This document shows positions 27,805-41,522 of a stretch of 64,000 nt of DNA, piece after piece; positions within the stretch are counted from its first letter, which is position 1; each line of letters starts with the position of its first letter. Below the pieces are notes generated by a model. That model searched no databases. It had not been told where the DNA came from and saw nothing but the letters and a program-made list of their open reading frames with translations. A program made the position numbers and the translations under genes. Source of the DNA: Chiloscyllium plagiosum (lineage: Eukaryota); contig NC_057719.1 of assembly GCF_004010195.1 (NCBI RefSeq), positions 69,440,401 to 69,504,400 on the forward strand, written 5' to 3'.

Positions 27805-28290
27805 CACATTTTCTGGAGAAATCCAGCAGACTGGAATATCAGGCAAGAGAAAACAAACAAACAGTCAATGCTTCCAGTCCAGTGACCCTTCTTCAGAACT
27901 CAAGTAGTAAAACAGAGAGTTTTGAATAAAAGTATTAAATAAAAGCATTGTAGGCATTTAATAAAGTCAAATTTCATTATCAAGGCTCTTTAAGCTAAAA
28001 CGAATCAAACAAACAGTGTTTATTTTGAAAATTTGTTTCAGCTTTAGGAAACACATCACATGTTGAACTGATCATCCAAGCACAAAACCTCAGGTGCTGA
28101 AAGAAAAAAGTGCTAAACTGACTGCAATTACCACTTGTGAAATGTTGTGCTGGGGTATTTACCAGTTGCAAGGGTCACTGGACCCAAAACTTCAACTGAT
28201 TTCTCTACACAAATGCTGCCAGACCAGCTGAGCTTTTCCAGCAATTTGTTTTTGCTTCTGATTTCCAGCATCTGCAGTTCTTTTGGTTTT
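27805..28290. mobile_element. Inverted pair of PLE-derived short repeats (27805-27900 minus, ~28168-28290 plus)
   Basis: The left rc reads AGTTCTGAAGAAGGGTCACTGGACTGGAAGCATTGACT. The right reads AAGGGTCACTGGACCCAAAACTTCAACT...TTCCAGCATCTGCAG. Confidence 0.7.
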
Positions 28291-29049
28291 ATTGACCAAA
28301 TGCCCTGCCTTCTTTTCATCGATGGTAATTGTGCCTTCCTCCAAAATGTCCCACCAATTTGAATTTTCTGTTAAAATTTCCTATGCTGCACCACCTCTCT
28401 TCCATTCTGACAAGGTCTGCATTAAACCCCAATTCTTGGATCAAGCTTTTGGTGTATTTCCTAATATTGCTCCTTTAGGCTTGATGACCAATTATTTCTA
28501 ATTGCATGTCTATCAACCAAGGATACTTTGGGCAATTTTTCTAAATTATAATCACTTATTCAACAGAATATCTATCTTATAGTTGCAATTACAACAGCTT
28601 ACCTTAAAAGAATGTTACATGTGAAGTTTTAAAATTTGACCAAAGATTCAATATTTACAGTTGAGTAATTTCTGATGTGCTTTTAAGATGTATTTTAAAT
28701 TTGCAACAGTAGCTCAAGGAATCAGGGATGGGAAACAAATGCTGACCTTGTTAGCAATTCCATGAATGAATTTTAAAAATTGCACTGCCATGTGGCTAAA
28801 CCTGCTAAGACTTCAGGCAGGATTCTGCTCCATCATTCTGAACCAAAATCAGACTGGAAATTGCAAAAAAAAAAACCCAGAAATTTCATCAGTTCAGTTT
28901 ACACCTCAACTGTCTGCATTGCTCTCTTCCCACCAGTGAAATTCCTAACCCTGGTACATCACATACAAATTAGAGATGAAATGGTACCCAGTTCCCTATT
29001 GTCTAAGCTACTCATCATCATTCATAGAGGCTGCCACAGGGAAAGTCAT

Positions 29050-29380
29050 TCATTGACGGTCCTCAACTTGAAGATGACCTACCCAGTGCAAATTTCTGTC
29101 ATGGATGCTCACATGAATGAACAGGCTGATTCGCAAACCACAGATCTTTGCGTACATGCAGCAGGTTGATAAATATTGCAATCCAGAGTGAAGCATTTCT
29201 TCCCTTTCTTACCCTCTGATGTCAAGCAGTAAAATCTAATACCAGCACCGGGAACTCTGTTGCATTCACTGGTCCGGACAAAGCATGTGCTTCAGTAAAT
29301 CATTCGGTTGCAAATTTTTCTCCAAAGGTTAGGACGTCCAGGAAACTTCTTCACAATTCTGCAGGTGCTTCATGATGATA
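29050..29380 (-). mobile_element. RTE-clade LINE 3' end, decayed
   Basis: The rc of ~29100-29166 translates CCMYAKICGLRISLFIHVSIH, resembling the RTE C-terminal CxxCxxxCxSRIGLxSHxxxH motif. Confidence 0.55.
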
Positions 29381-32300
29381 CGACTACAATTATCGAGAGA
29401 TCGGTGGAAAATGTAGCCTCCTCCATCTGGAAGCAATGGTAACGTACAGCAAGAGAGGACAGGAGCTTTGTAGCTGTCTCTTCACTCATGAACATAAATA
29501 ATGCCCAGATTAAATGTGTAACATTTTGCCTTTTAGGAATTATGCAACAAATATCAACCCATGTTTGCCAGTTTTCTAAACAGTTTATATTTACTTTAAT
29601 AATCTTGCAAGGTACGAGTGATCGCGATCCAATGAGTCATTAGCATATTATTCCAGAACAGTCAAAAACAACTTGGCGTGCTAACCAATTTCCAAATCAT
29701 ATTTATTCAAATGAAGGGTAGAGGTTCATTTCAAGCGATGTTGGGAGTTCAATTCAGTGATGAATTTAACAGTCACCTTGGAATTTCCAGTAATGTTTTG
29801 AAATTCTCTAACATTGAGTGGCTATTAAACATAAGTGAGCTAGAGCCCTCTGTATCCTGACTTTAAGGGTCTCTTCCAGAGAGCTTCACATGCAATGGAA
29901 TTGCCCACCAGAAAACTCACATGTAGTTAGCTGCAACAGAATCTGCAGAGATCCAATCTGCAAACCCAGAGTTTACTGCTCCAGTTACTCTGACCATTGG
30001 AAAACCCATGCCAATGCTCTGTTAGCTTGAAAAGCTACACTGTTAAAGTCAATAATATGTGATTTGGAAAGCTCCATTGTTACTATACAATATCCTTCTT
30101 GTGGCTTTAAAGGAAAACGTTCAAGGAAGCGAACCAGGACAAAACATTCTCAACAGATATTCACCAATTAACCAACATCTCTTGTACAGTAAAATTCAAT
30201 TGCTGGAGGCTGAAAAGGTTTATGCAAAAGCAACTGACATTTCTTTCCCTTAACCCTCAAGCTCATAGTCCCAATACTTTATTCTAAATCACAAGTGCTA
30301 AATTGGGTTGCTTGATATTCTTTAATCACAGGCAAACTATGTGAATCACTTAATGAGGATCGCTTCTTAATTAAGCTGATCTTTCACCGTAACCCTTCAA
30401 AAACATCCTGATTAAGAGCTGCTAACTACATGATTTCAACTGTACATTTCAGTTTAAGATCAATTCCAAATTAGAAATATGAAATTAGATTGGTTTAAAA
30501 AAAAGTTTCCTGACAAATGCATGCACTCAGTCCATTTTGGGCTGAAATGAGGAGAAACAGCTGAGCTCGGGGGTGACAAACATTTAAAATTCTCTACCAT
30601 GAAGATTGTGGCGATCTATCGAGGAGGTATAGGGAGAAAGCAGGATTATGGCATTGTGATACAGAGGATCAGTCAGGATCATGTTGACTGGCAGAGTAGA
30701 ATGGCCTACTCCTATTTTCCTGTTTTTAAACTAGATAATACTGTTTAATGTGGCCAGAAATTACGCGATTAACAGACATCAAGGACACCAAGATTGGGTT
30801 ACAAGATCGGAAATATTTAACTGTTTCTCTCTCCAGAGTTTCCTGGCAGGCTCCAATGTTTTCTGTTGTTATACAATGTCTTGGATTATTTTAACCTATA
30901 ACAACTTCTTTTATTCTTTAAAAAACTGAAAAAAATTGTACAAATAAAACTCTGTTTAGTAATTTAAAATTAAGGACATTTGCAAAATTCATGAAATAAC
31001 CACCATAACGGAGAGAAAATTGATATTTGTGGGAATACACATTTCTGCTGTTGCAATTTTTCAAACATCATGTTAGGAGTACAAGAAATATTTTGATTTA
31101 AGCTAATACAAGATGGAAATACCTTTTATTATAAAAATTGTAATGTCATTCATCCTCCCATAATTAATTAACAGCCAAATAAAGTTATAGTGCACACATT
31201 GGTTTGAGCTTTTTTTAAAAAAATTGATTGTTAATTTGCAGAAACAGACATTCTCTCATGTAAAAACATCACCCTAATGCATTTACCCAGCCTACTGTTC
31301 ACAGTAGAAAAGAACGCACAGTTGTTTTATGCGCAATGGCCTGCATCACAGACGAGTCACAGAGCAAAACTTCTGCTGAGCTTCAGACAGATAATTCAAT
31401 CTAATGACATCAAAAGACAGCAAACTCAATCTTGCGTAATTACGTTTTGCCGAGGGCAGAACAGCAGAATGAGACATCTCAGCCCAAAATAGTCATGCAA
31501 TGACATCACTCATCAGCACTGATACCATTATTTGCATTCCTAAACGAACAGAATTCCAGCTTTTCAAGTGTGAAACAGGAACATTTGTGCGAACCCAATG
31601 CAAATGTAGTCCAAGAACAACATTAACCAGAAGTTTAAATATGGGGAGACACACATTTAGACTAAAATCTATACTGTGACAAATTTATATCTTGTTAGCA
31701 ACTTATCATAAAACAGAAGAATGAAATATAAGTAAACATTGTTTACAGATAAGCCTTTAGGGAACAAGTGACACACTAGAATGTTGATTTGCTATTTGCC
31801 TTTCTGTGGAAGTCCTAAGCGGAATTAATCTGCTATGCCTTGATCATTGCTTCTCCTACTCCCGCAGTCCCATGCTCCCTGATCTTTCATTGCACGGTTT
31901 CTGAAATGTCCATAAATTACTGTAAAACTGTTAACATGCCATCACTGCTCCTCTGAAATGGACATCTTCAAGAGCTTGCACAGAATATTCTAGACAGGCA
32001 GAAGTTGCTGCCACCCATTCCAAGCTTCTCCAGACTGTGTGCTGTTGAAGCCTCCCACTCCAAATTCAATCCCTAAACTATAACGAATTGAAAATTTCCA
32101 CTTTTATACTGGCAAGCCCTGCTTTGAAACAAACCTTGTGAATATTTCAGTTACGTTGCATTGACGTCTACAAATTTCAATTTATAAAACACCCTAACTG
32201 ACACTGAAAATCAGGGTTTGGAGAACATGCAAAATAATTGGTCTCCACACTACTTCAATATTTTGTTCAAAAATTAGCTAGTTATCAAACTCTTTGATTG

Positions 32301-32969
32301 CAGTCAACAGATGTATTCATTTTCACTATCACTGTAAGGGGTCATCGTTTAAAAGCCAGACTGGGTGCCAACACTGAACTGCAGCCTGGTATCAAAATAG
32401 CTGTGGGAGAAAGCTTTCCCAAGTTCTCCATTTTCTTTGAATCCTTCAAACTATATTATAGATCATAACATCTGGGCTAAATTCCATTTATTGTACTTCA
32501 CATTGTTGGCAGAAATCTTTTTATAACCAACAGCTTCAGAAATAGTTTGTATTTGGCCATAGAAACTGCATTATCAGCTTCTCTAGTTAGAACTGGGGCA
32601 TCCTAATTGTAGCGAATTAAAGCAAACTAGTTGATATTTTAGATGCCCTACAGTTGTTTATGCTGTAGCGAGACTTGTACAAAAAAATGAAAGTAAACAG
32701 GTTGCAACTACTGATTTCTATTGACAGTTCTCATACGTGGGGCTTGAAATTCGGAAAAAGAAACAATGTATTTTGGCAGATGTGCTGATAGTGTATTTTC
32801 TCAAATGATTGATTATTTCTAAACTTAAGAATAAGGCCTAGTTCAATACTCCTCTATTTTCAACATAATCCCAGTCAGGCTTAAGGTAGAAAAACAAATT
32901 TATTAACTTGTATATGATGACAACAGAGGAAAAAGTCTTATTTTTCAACAGCCCTCTTCAAAAGGCAAA

Positions 32970-33672
32970 TCAGGGCAAAACTAATACACTTAATGGCAAG
33001 GTCCTTGGGAGTGTTGCCAATTTGTGAGCTTTGGGGTAAAAGTTCATAATTCCTTGAAAATTGACTTGTAGGTATTCAGGGTGGTGAAGGTGGCATTTAA
33101 TGCACTTGCCTTTATTGGTCTGTGCATGGATTTTAGGAGGTGGGAGGTCACGTTGTGGCTGCACAGGACATTGGTTAGGTTACTTTGGGAATATTGCATT
33201 CCATTCTGGTCTCCCTGCTATAAGAAGGATTTTGTGAAACTTGAAAGGGTTCAGAAAAGATTTACAAGGATGTTGCCAGGGTTAGAGGGTTTGAGCTATA
33301 GGGAGAGGCTGCATCAGCTGGGTTATTTTCCCTGCAGTGTCCGAGGCTGAGAGATGAACTTATGCAAGTTTATGAAATTATGAGGGGCATGGATAGGGGA
33401 GTCCAAAACTAGGGATATAGGTTGAGGTGAGAGGGGAAAGATTTTAAAAAGGGACCCAAGGACAACTTTTTCACGCAGAATGTAGTGTGTGTATGGAATG
33501 AGCTGCCAGAGGAAGTGAACGAGTTGGTACAAATATAATATTTAAAACACATTTGGATTGGTATATGAATAGGAAGGATTTAGGGGGATATGGGCCAAGC
33601 ATTGGCAAATGGGATTAGATTAATTTAGGATATCTGGTCAGTATGGACAAGTTGGACTAAAAGGGTCTGCTT
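32970..33672 (+). mobile_element. CR1 LINE 3' fragment
   Basis: EYCIPFWSPCYKKDFVKLERVQKRFTRMLPGL plus the CR1 3'UTR. Confidence 0.9.
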
Positions 33673-33834
33673 AGATCCTAGATAACTTCTTTACTGTCCA
33701 CTATACCACCAATTTGATTTCATCTGCAAACTTATAAACCCATGCCTATATTCTACAAATACCTACATCCCAAGAAAAGAATACTCCGACTTTGGGACGC
33801 AATTTGTTAGGGGATTGAATAAGAGTCTCACTCA

Positions 33835-34185
33835 ACTTCCCAAAGCATTTTTCAGCCAATCCAGTACATGAAGTGCAATGAAGTATAGAAAACTCATCAA
33901 CTTCAAATCAATTTGTTCACAGCATGCTCCCACAGACTATGACAAAATCACTTAAGTTAGTGTATGCTGTGTGATATAACTTGGTTAGGATACCAGAGAG
34001 GACACTTTGGAAAGCACAAGATCACATGCCCAGGAGGTACCAGACAGTTTGATTTATCACTTCACAAAGATGGACTTTCAACACTGCAGCATTTCCTTAG
34101 TCCTGCACGAGAGCATTTGATTTCTGTTGCAATCAAATATAAAGTTCACCTTGAAACCATAACCTAACTCAGAATGGCTGAGGAG
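33835..34185 (-). mobile_element. Decayed Deu-domain-type SINE
   Basis: The rc contains TGTGGGAGCATGCTGTGAACAAATTG and ATTGGCTGAAAAATGCTTTGGGA, resembling the Deu-SINE body and tail. Confidence 0.5.
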
Positions 34186-36706
34186 CAAGGAAAATAAAAA
34201 GGCATGAAAATAGGTATTAAAGCAAATGTATGATAAAACATAGTCTACTTTTCTTTGCACATCACTGATCAAGAGTTCTGTGCTTATGCAATATTACTTG
34301 ACAATCACCACCCACATGTCGCTCCCCAAATGACAATTGGCCAGGAACACACTGTAATCTCAGACATCAGTTGAATGTTTTGGTAAATACTTAAACATGT
34401 AGAAGTACACATCGGTTTTACAATCCATGTATCTGTACCATATTTAAGTCAAAAGCAACAGTAGAAAAATCAAGTGCACCCAATTCAAACCTGACCTCAG
34501 ATTAGTGATCCTTATTAGAGTAGACTCCCAGGTAAAGGGGTCAATACAATGACAACTAACACTTTAAAATATGGATAATACCTCTTCTCAGTCTCCTTTA
34601 CATCTGAAGACAAATTCAAATGAGGCCTGATCGTCAGAATGCTGATATCAATAAGCATATTTTAATTTGACATCAGCTGTTTGGAGGTGTGTTGGCGTGG
34701 GGTGGGGGGGGTGGTGCAGGTACTTATACAGAAATCACGTTTCTCCAAAATAAGCTAATTTCTGTATAAAACGTTTATTCATTTCATTTCAGAAATCCAA
34801 CGGACAACTTTTATAATTACATCCCTAATTCTGCAGTAGTGTTCAGCCAAAGAGTGGGAAGTTTATTACAGAGCAAAAATAAATTTCAATATAAAAGATA
34901 TTAAAACAAATGAGCTGAAGCTTGCTAGACAATTGAGCTACCCACCTGCATATACAGCTTATACATAACATCCAGCTTATTTTAATAATTTTGAATATCA
35001 TGGGCACTATTTTACTCTGCAATAACCTTCCCACCATTTTGGCTGACGATTGTCAAGAGTTAGGAACAAACCAGGAGACAGAAGAGCCAAAAATGAAACT
35101 GATCAAAACTGAAGCTATAATCTAATTAAAATATTCGAATCTCAACATCACCTACAGTATTACCAACAATAAATAAATAAATCAAAGCACAATAATGCCA
35201 AAAGCCAGATTTATACAGGCAAAAATGACAGCTGTCAAAGTGATTTTAATTAAACCACACGAGCTAAAGTTCACACACTTACTAAACAAAAATAAGACAA
35301 GTTTATGCTATTAGCTAATAGAAGACTCTTGAGAATGATTATACGATAGAAATCCTGCTGACTGTCAGCATCCCTCATTACTCATCAGATGCTTCGATCT
35401 ATGGTTAGATGCAAGAGACATTTAAAAGATTCAGAAAAATCAAATACTTAGTCCCAGCAGTTTGGAAGAATTCATGAAGAATTCAATTTTAACATCATAA
35501 CCACATACATGAATTCAATTTAAAAAATGCTTTCAGCAGAGTCCAAGTAGGTATTAATCATCTACTGCTTCCTGACAAGTTAGCAAGAACACAAGTTGCA
35601 TGACCACCATTCAACACATAGCTCATCAATGACAATAAATTGAAAGTTCATTATTGCTTCAAGTGCAATATTGTAAATCTAACCTATTATTGGTCCAATG
35701 AAACTGTACAGTGTATCAATAGCAAATTAGACGAGCTTTTTGAAATGAAGACTGTTGTAAATGCAGCATGTACAGTAAATCTCAATGGGACAAGATGGAT
35801 ACAAAGGGCAGAGAAGAAATGGCCCAGTTAAGCAAGTACAACAAAAACTCATCATCTGTGTGACCTGTTTGACTCAATTAGTGGGCAGAAATCTTAACTC
35901 TAGCTTCTTCAGTTTAGGTCAACTATCTTACATGAGATTACAGAGATTGGAGTCCAAAAACGTCATTTTAATATAGTTGTGCCAACCAGCCTAAGCTGGT
36001 TTTCATAATGCTGATGAAAACATCAGCTCGCCCTTAGCAGGGTTCACAACACACTTAGTACCTTGCACATGACAAGTATTTTAAAAAGGACAATACTTTA
36101 ACCAAAGTAAATGGCTTTACTCTATTTTCCTTTTCATGCCCACATGACGTTACATCATTCCGAAACAGAATGACAGTTGCACGTCATATCCTGTGTGCTC
36201 TGGAGTCACTCACCACAGAGGTGGACAAGTACATTTTCCAATGTCCTCGAGCCTCCATACCTTTCACTCCCACCTCCATAGATAAATGTCCAGTTTCCAC
36301 GTTGTGCCTTCTTTGATGCTACCGCCCAGAAAGTAATAAATCATTAGCTCTTCACCTGTATCATTTCAACCCTGCTACAAGACCTAGCAAATAATATCAT
36401 GCAAAAGATTTTAAAATTAATAACAGACCAAGATTCACAAGTTGACATAATCACTGACATTACAGAATTATCAATTTTTCTCAATTTCAGTTATTTCAAT
36501 TCATGTGAAGTCTCATTTTCCCAAGTTCCAAGCAAGCGTGCACACAACATTCATTGTCTAACACACAAACTTGACATTTTAAGCAAGAATAGCCAATGAG
36601 ATATAATTCCTGTGATTATCAATGAGTTACCTGGATGTGGTAATTTGTGATCGGCTAAAATGCAATTAGCATGCACCTGATGACAGCACCTGCTACAGTG
36701 ACGGAC

Positions 36707-37936
36707 TTGAGAGAGGCTGGTAATGCCTCAATTTTATTGAGTTCTTTGAGGTGACGACAAGACATGTCGATGATGGTCGAGCAATGGATGTGGTGGGTAT
36801 ATGGATTTCAGCAAGGCATTTGATAAGGTTCCCCATGGTAGGCTCATTCATAAAGTCAGGAAGTATGGGATAGAGAGGTTTGGCTAACTGGATTCAGAAT
36901 TATGGCTGACAGAAGTGGTTGTGGATGGAAGGTATTCTGCCTGGAGGTCAGTGTTGAGTGGGGTTCCACAGGGCTCTGTTCTTGGGCCTCTGCTCTTTGT
37001 AGTTTTATAAACAACTTGGATGAGCAGGTTGAGGGGTGGGTTAGTAAATTTGCAGATGACACAAAGGTTGGAGGTGGCGTTGATAGTATTGAGGGCTATT
37101 GTAGGCTGCAGCACAATAGACAGGATGCAGAGTTGGGCTGAGAAATGGCAGGTGGAGTTCAACCTGGATAAATGCAAAGTGATGCATTTTAGAAGGTCGA
37201 ACTCGAATGCTGAATATAAAATTAAAGACAGGATTCTTGACAGTGTGGAGGAACAGAGGGGATCTTGGTGTTCAAGTACATGGATCCCTCAAAGTTGCCA
37301 CCCAAGTGGGTAGGGTTGTAAGAAAGCATATGGTGTTTTGGCTTTCATTAACAGGGGGATAGAGTTTAAGAGCCGCGAGGTTTTGCTATAGCTCTACAAG
37401 TCCCTGATAAGACCACACTTGGAATACTGTTCTGATCGTCCTACAATAGGAAAGATACAGAGGCTTTGGACAGGGTGCAAAGAAGGTTTACCAGGATGCT
37501 GCCTGGACTGGAGGATTTGCCTTATGAAAAGAGGTTGATTAAGCTTGGACTTTTCTCTCTGGACAGAAGGAGGAAGAGAGGTGACCTGATCGAGGTATAC
37601 AAGATAATGAGAGGCATGGATAGAGTCAATACCCAGAGACTTTTCCCCAGTGCAGGATTGACTGGCACAAGAGGTCATAGTTTTAAGATATTAGGAAAAA
37701 GGTATAGAGGAAGGTTCTTTACGCAGAGAGTTGTGAATGCATGGAATGCGTTGCCAGCGGTGGTGGTGGAAGCAGGGTCATGAGGGACATTTAAGCGGCT
37801 GCTGGACATGCACATGGATAGTAGTGAATTGAGGGGTGCATAGGTTAAGCTATTTTATTTAACATTAGGATTAAGCCTCAGTACAACATCATGGGCCAAA
37901 GGGCCTGTTCTGTGCTGTACTTTTCTATGTTCTATG
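36707..37936 (+). mobile_element. CR1 LINE RT and 3' end (same subfamily as 13351-14654)
   Basis: [21 protein letters not shown], highly similar to the 13351 copy, with a TTCTATG tail. Confidence 0.93.
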
Positions 37937-40200
37937 AACTGGAACTTATTCTGATCTCAGTGGAAAAACTGAGATAGCTACAAAAATGAAGAAAAAGTCT
38001 GAGCGAAAGAAGAGTTGCAATGTCACTATCAGCGCTGAGGATAGGATGGTACATTTATGTCACTTAGATCTTGCAAAGGAGAAGAGAAACCTGACAAGAT
38101 AGATTTTGAAGACTTTGAAGAGAAGCTTTAAACACTTTTGCTACCTATGTTCATTGCAGTGGTGGGTTGTGGGATGTGGAAGTGGAGGGGAGGAAGTGGG
38201 GGAAAAGAGGAGAAGAGGAAGGAAGGAAGACAACAAGCAGAAACTGATACATACTTGTAAGAAATATAGTTAACCAGGACACCCGCACACAAACTAGAAG
38301 CAGTTCATGAACAATTAGCAGATGTCCAGCTGCAAATCATTTACTATATCAGGAAAGCTGGGCTTATGTTAGCAGCACATATTAGGCCACTCCTGTATCA
38401 TGAAATCTCCTGTATAGTGTGCAATAATTTTCAAATGGATACAGAAAATTAAAAGGAAATTAATACATTAGCATTTTATGAAATTTCAGAGGTAGTCAAG
38501 CCCCATTCACAATTTAAAAATTGTAAATATTATTTAATTAAATATTTTCAAACTGGCTGGAGTGTATAAAACTTTGAGTTAAATCAGATTTATGGTACTT
38601 CAAGTGTGGCAGCATGCAAGATGAAAAATCAACTGAACAGTAAAATGATGGATGGATTTCTTAAAGGATAACTTACTAAGTTATATAATTTCTAAACTAA
38701 CGATCTGTAATAATTTATACATTACATGGCATTGGGTCCTACAGTGAAATTTCATTAAATTAGTCAATTCACAATGTCACATTAGAATAAATGACCTGGT
38801 AATATCTTAAAAGCAGATTTCTTTAATTTTGTGTAGTGCACAACCATTTCCCATAAGAGTGGAGGAGGAAATCCATGGAAGGGTTCAGGGAGTGAACATG
38901 GAATTTATGATCATTTCTATTTTCATTCTGTAACAGTTGACCCAACTCTCGCAGAATTCCCTGCCTGAATCTTGTCAAGATAGTTTTATTATTACTACTG
39001 TGGCACAAGCTAACTGTGTCTATGATCACAAAGAATTTTTTTAAGATCAGCCATGACCCTTCACTCGCATTTAATATTGACTGATCACATCTTTGTCTTC
39101 TTCATCTCTTCGCCACTGCCCTCAGTGATTCCACTCCCAAGTTTCATCAGTACATCCTCTAAAACCCTCACTTCCCTTTCTTAAGAATAAGCTTCTCTTA
39201 GTGAAAAGATTTATATGCACAAGCTCAAATACTGATAACATGGAGCTTCATTTCGTTTTTTACCTTAAACCCACAAACACCTTCAAATGACCAGCCTGAC
39301 ATCAAACTTTGACAAGTTTAAATTTGATTATTTCTTTCGAATCCTTTTTTGATAGCCAGATAAAGATCAACTCAACTGAAGCACTGCCCGTAATGTAATT
39401 ACTAATGACATCAGGAATATGAAGATAAAGCAGAAAAAAAATGACAGATGCTCATGATCAGCCATGATCTAGAACAATGGAGCAATGAAGACCTCTCTGT
39501 GGAATTCATTTACTCTACTTTGAACAATCCGGGCATAGCAAAGGCCTCTTCTTTAATCCTTTAATACCTCAAAACAAGGAGTTTTGATATCAGTGCCATG
39601 CCAAGTTCTTCTTCTCTTCACTAATGCACCCACTTATTTATTCAAGACTCCCCCCATCCCCACTGCAGACTGGAATTTACCCCGATTACATATGTGCAAC
39701 TTTCAATAGAATTTTGGGTTGATTTTGAATTGGTAACGGATGGGTTTTTCCTGTGTATCTGGTGTCAATTTTTCACTTGCAAGTATTTCTGTAACCATAG
39801 CAATTTATTTTAAGAAAAGTTTTTGAAACATGTTTGGGGTGTGAATATATTGATGTATGAATGGACTTCAGTTTACTTTAGGTTATTTGCTCTGCTGGGT
39901 CACAAACAATGAGGCCTCACAAAGCTCTTAGACTGCTAGTTTTTCATATATCTTTAAAGCTATTTTAAATCTGTGACAGCTCAAAATGGTTTGTAAACGT
40001 CCGCCTTCAAGCTTGCGTTCGGGCTTTAAATCAATCCTGTTTAAATACTAAAATTTTCTTCAGATTTTTAACACCTGTACTCAGACTTTTAAACTCAATG
40101 TAGGAATATTGTACAATATTTTCTAGTAAAGCTTCATTGTATCATGCTATTTTTAAAAAAATAATTTTATGGCAAATAGCAACACAATATGTCTAATTGA

Positions 40201-40490
40201 TTAGACTAGTTTACTTACAGTTCGGCCCAACCGGTCCACACCGACCTCCAAAGAGTAACCCACCCAGACCCATTTCCCTCTGACTGATGCACCTAATACT
40301 ATTCCTAACACAATTTCCCATGGCCAATTTACCTGGCCTGCACATCTTTGGACTGTGGGAGTACCCGGACGAAACCATGCAGACACGGGGAGAATGTGCA
40401 AACACCACACAGTCGCCAGAGGCTGGAATCGAACCTGGGACCCTGGTGCTGTGAGGCAGCAGTGCTAACCACTGAGCCACCATGCTGCCC
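40201..40490 (-). mobile_element. HE1-type V-SINE
   Basis: Reverse complement of the 860 and 6989 SINEs (head rc GGGCAGCATGGTGGCTCAGTGGTTAGCACTG). Confidence 0.9.
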
Positions 40491-41522
40491 TAATTGCTTG
40501 CTAGAGTTTGTCTAATTTAAAATTTGAATTATGTTTCCTATCTACAAAAGGTTTTCCCACATTCTACTGCCAAGATGGAGGTTTAATTGCTTTGGTAAAA
40601 TGGAAGCTTTCCCAACTTTCTAGGGCTGACCGACCATGTGCATTTACTTGGACAACTTGTAAAATATATTCTTACAGCTGTATCCTAAATACCTCTACTC
40701 ACCGAAATTGCGTTTTAAATTATGAATCTTCCAGAAATCTTAAAAATCTAGCCTTCTTTTGATGTTTTTTTCCTTCAGATCTCAAATTTGCCTTTGCATT
40801 GCAATAAATACATTGTTGTTTTTTTCAATGTTGTGGCCTCAATATATGTTGTGACCCTTGCTCTGTCTACCATAGCCATGGCTCAAGAAATCTAATTACG
40901 ATGGCAGTATTTCTGTTTCTGAAAAGTATTCTCCTTATTCTTTTCTTTCCACCTTTATTGTACGCCACAATTATAAAATTGTGCCCACCCATCTTCCTCT
41001 CAAAAATGTTTCTACTTTACTCAGAGCTCCCAAGTGCTGTCAAGAACAGTCCTTCCAAAAGGTCTCTTTCTTCCCAGTGCAGCTAACCTTTACTCTTTTC
41101 CTCGGCAATACTGTATTCTCCATGCTTCCCATGAGCCCCAAAGTGAACGTTTTCTTCTGATGTGATACTTTAATCCTGTTGCTACTTTCATGAATACAAA
41201 GTGTTTGTCAGCTTTAATGTCTCAGCTGCTGACTGGCTTACCTTCTTAGACCAGTCATGTTCCTTGTTAACTCACTAGTCTTCAAAAATTCTTTTTTGGG
41301 CCAAAATAGATTTTCTCCCCCACTAACTATTTCAAAAGTGACCACTAGTGATCACCATGTTTCACTGGGCTGTGGGTATCAATCACGGATAGCTGGTTAT
41401 GGGAACAGTTCACTGCCACTATCCTCATTTCTACTTTGGGTTTAAAGGGCCCATTAAATTATCAGTGGGATAAGACAGATCACCAGAGAGTCTGAATGAG
41501 GGGAGACACTTCTCCTGGATAA

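Noticed and set aside
39050..41330. Pyrimidine-rich stretches resembling ancient L2 LINE fragments (e.g. STEAL..V.NDI-like at ~39372-39412)
   Set aside because: Plausible, but too decayed to delimit or assign without a profile search.
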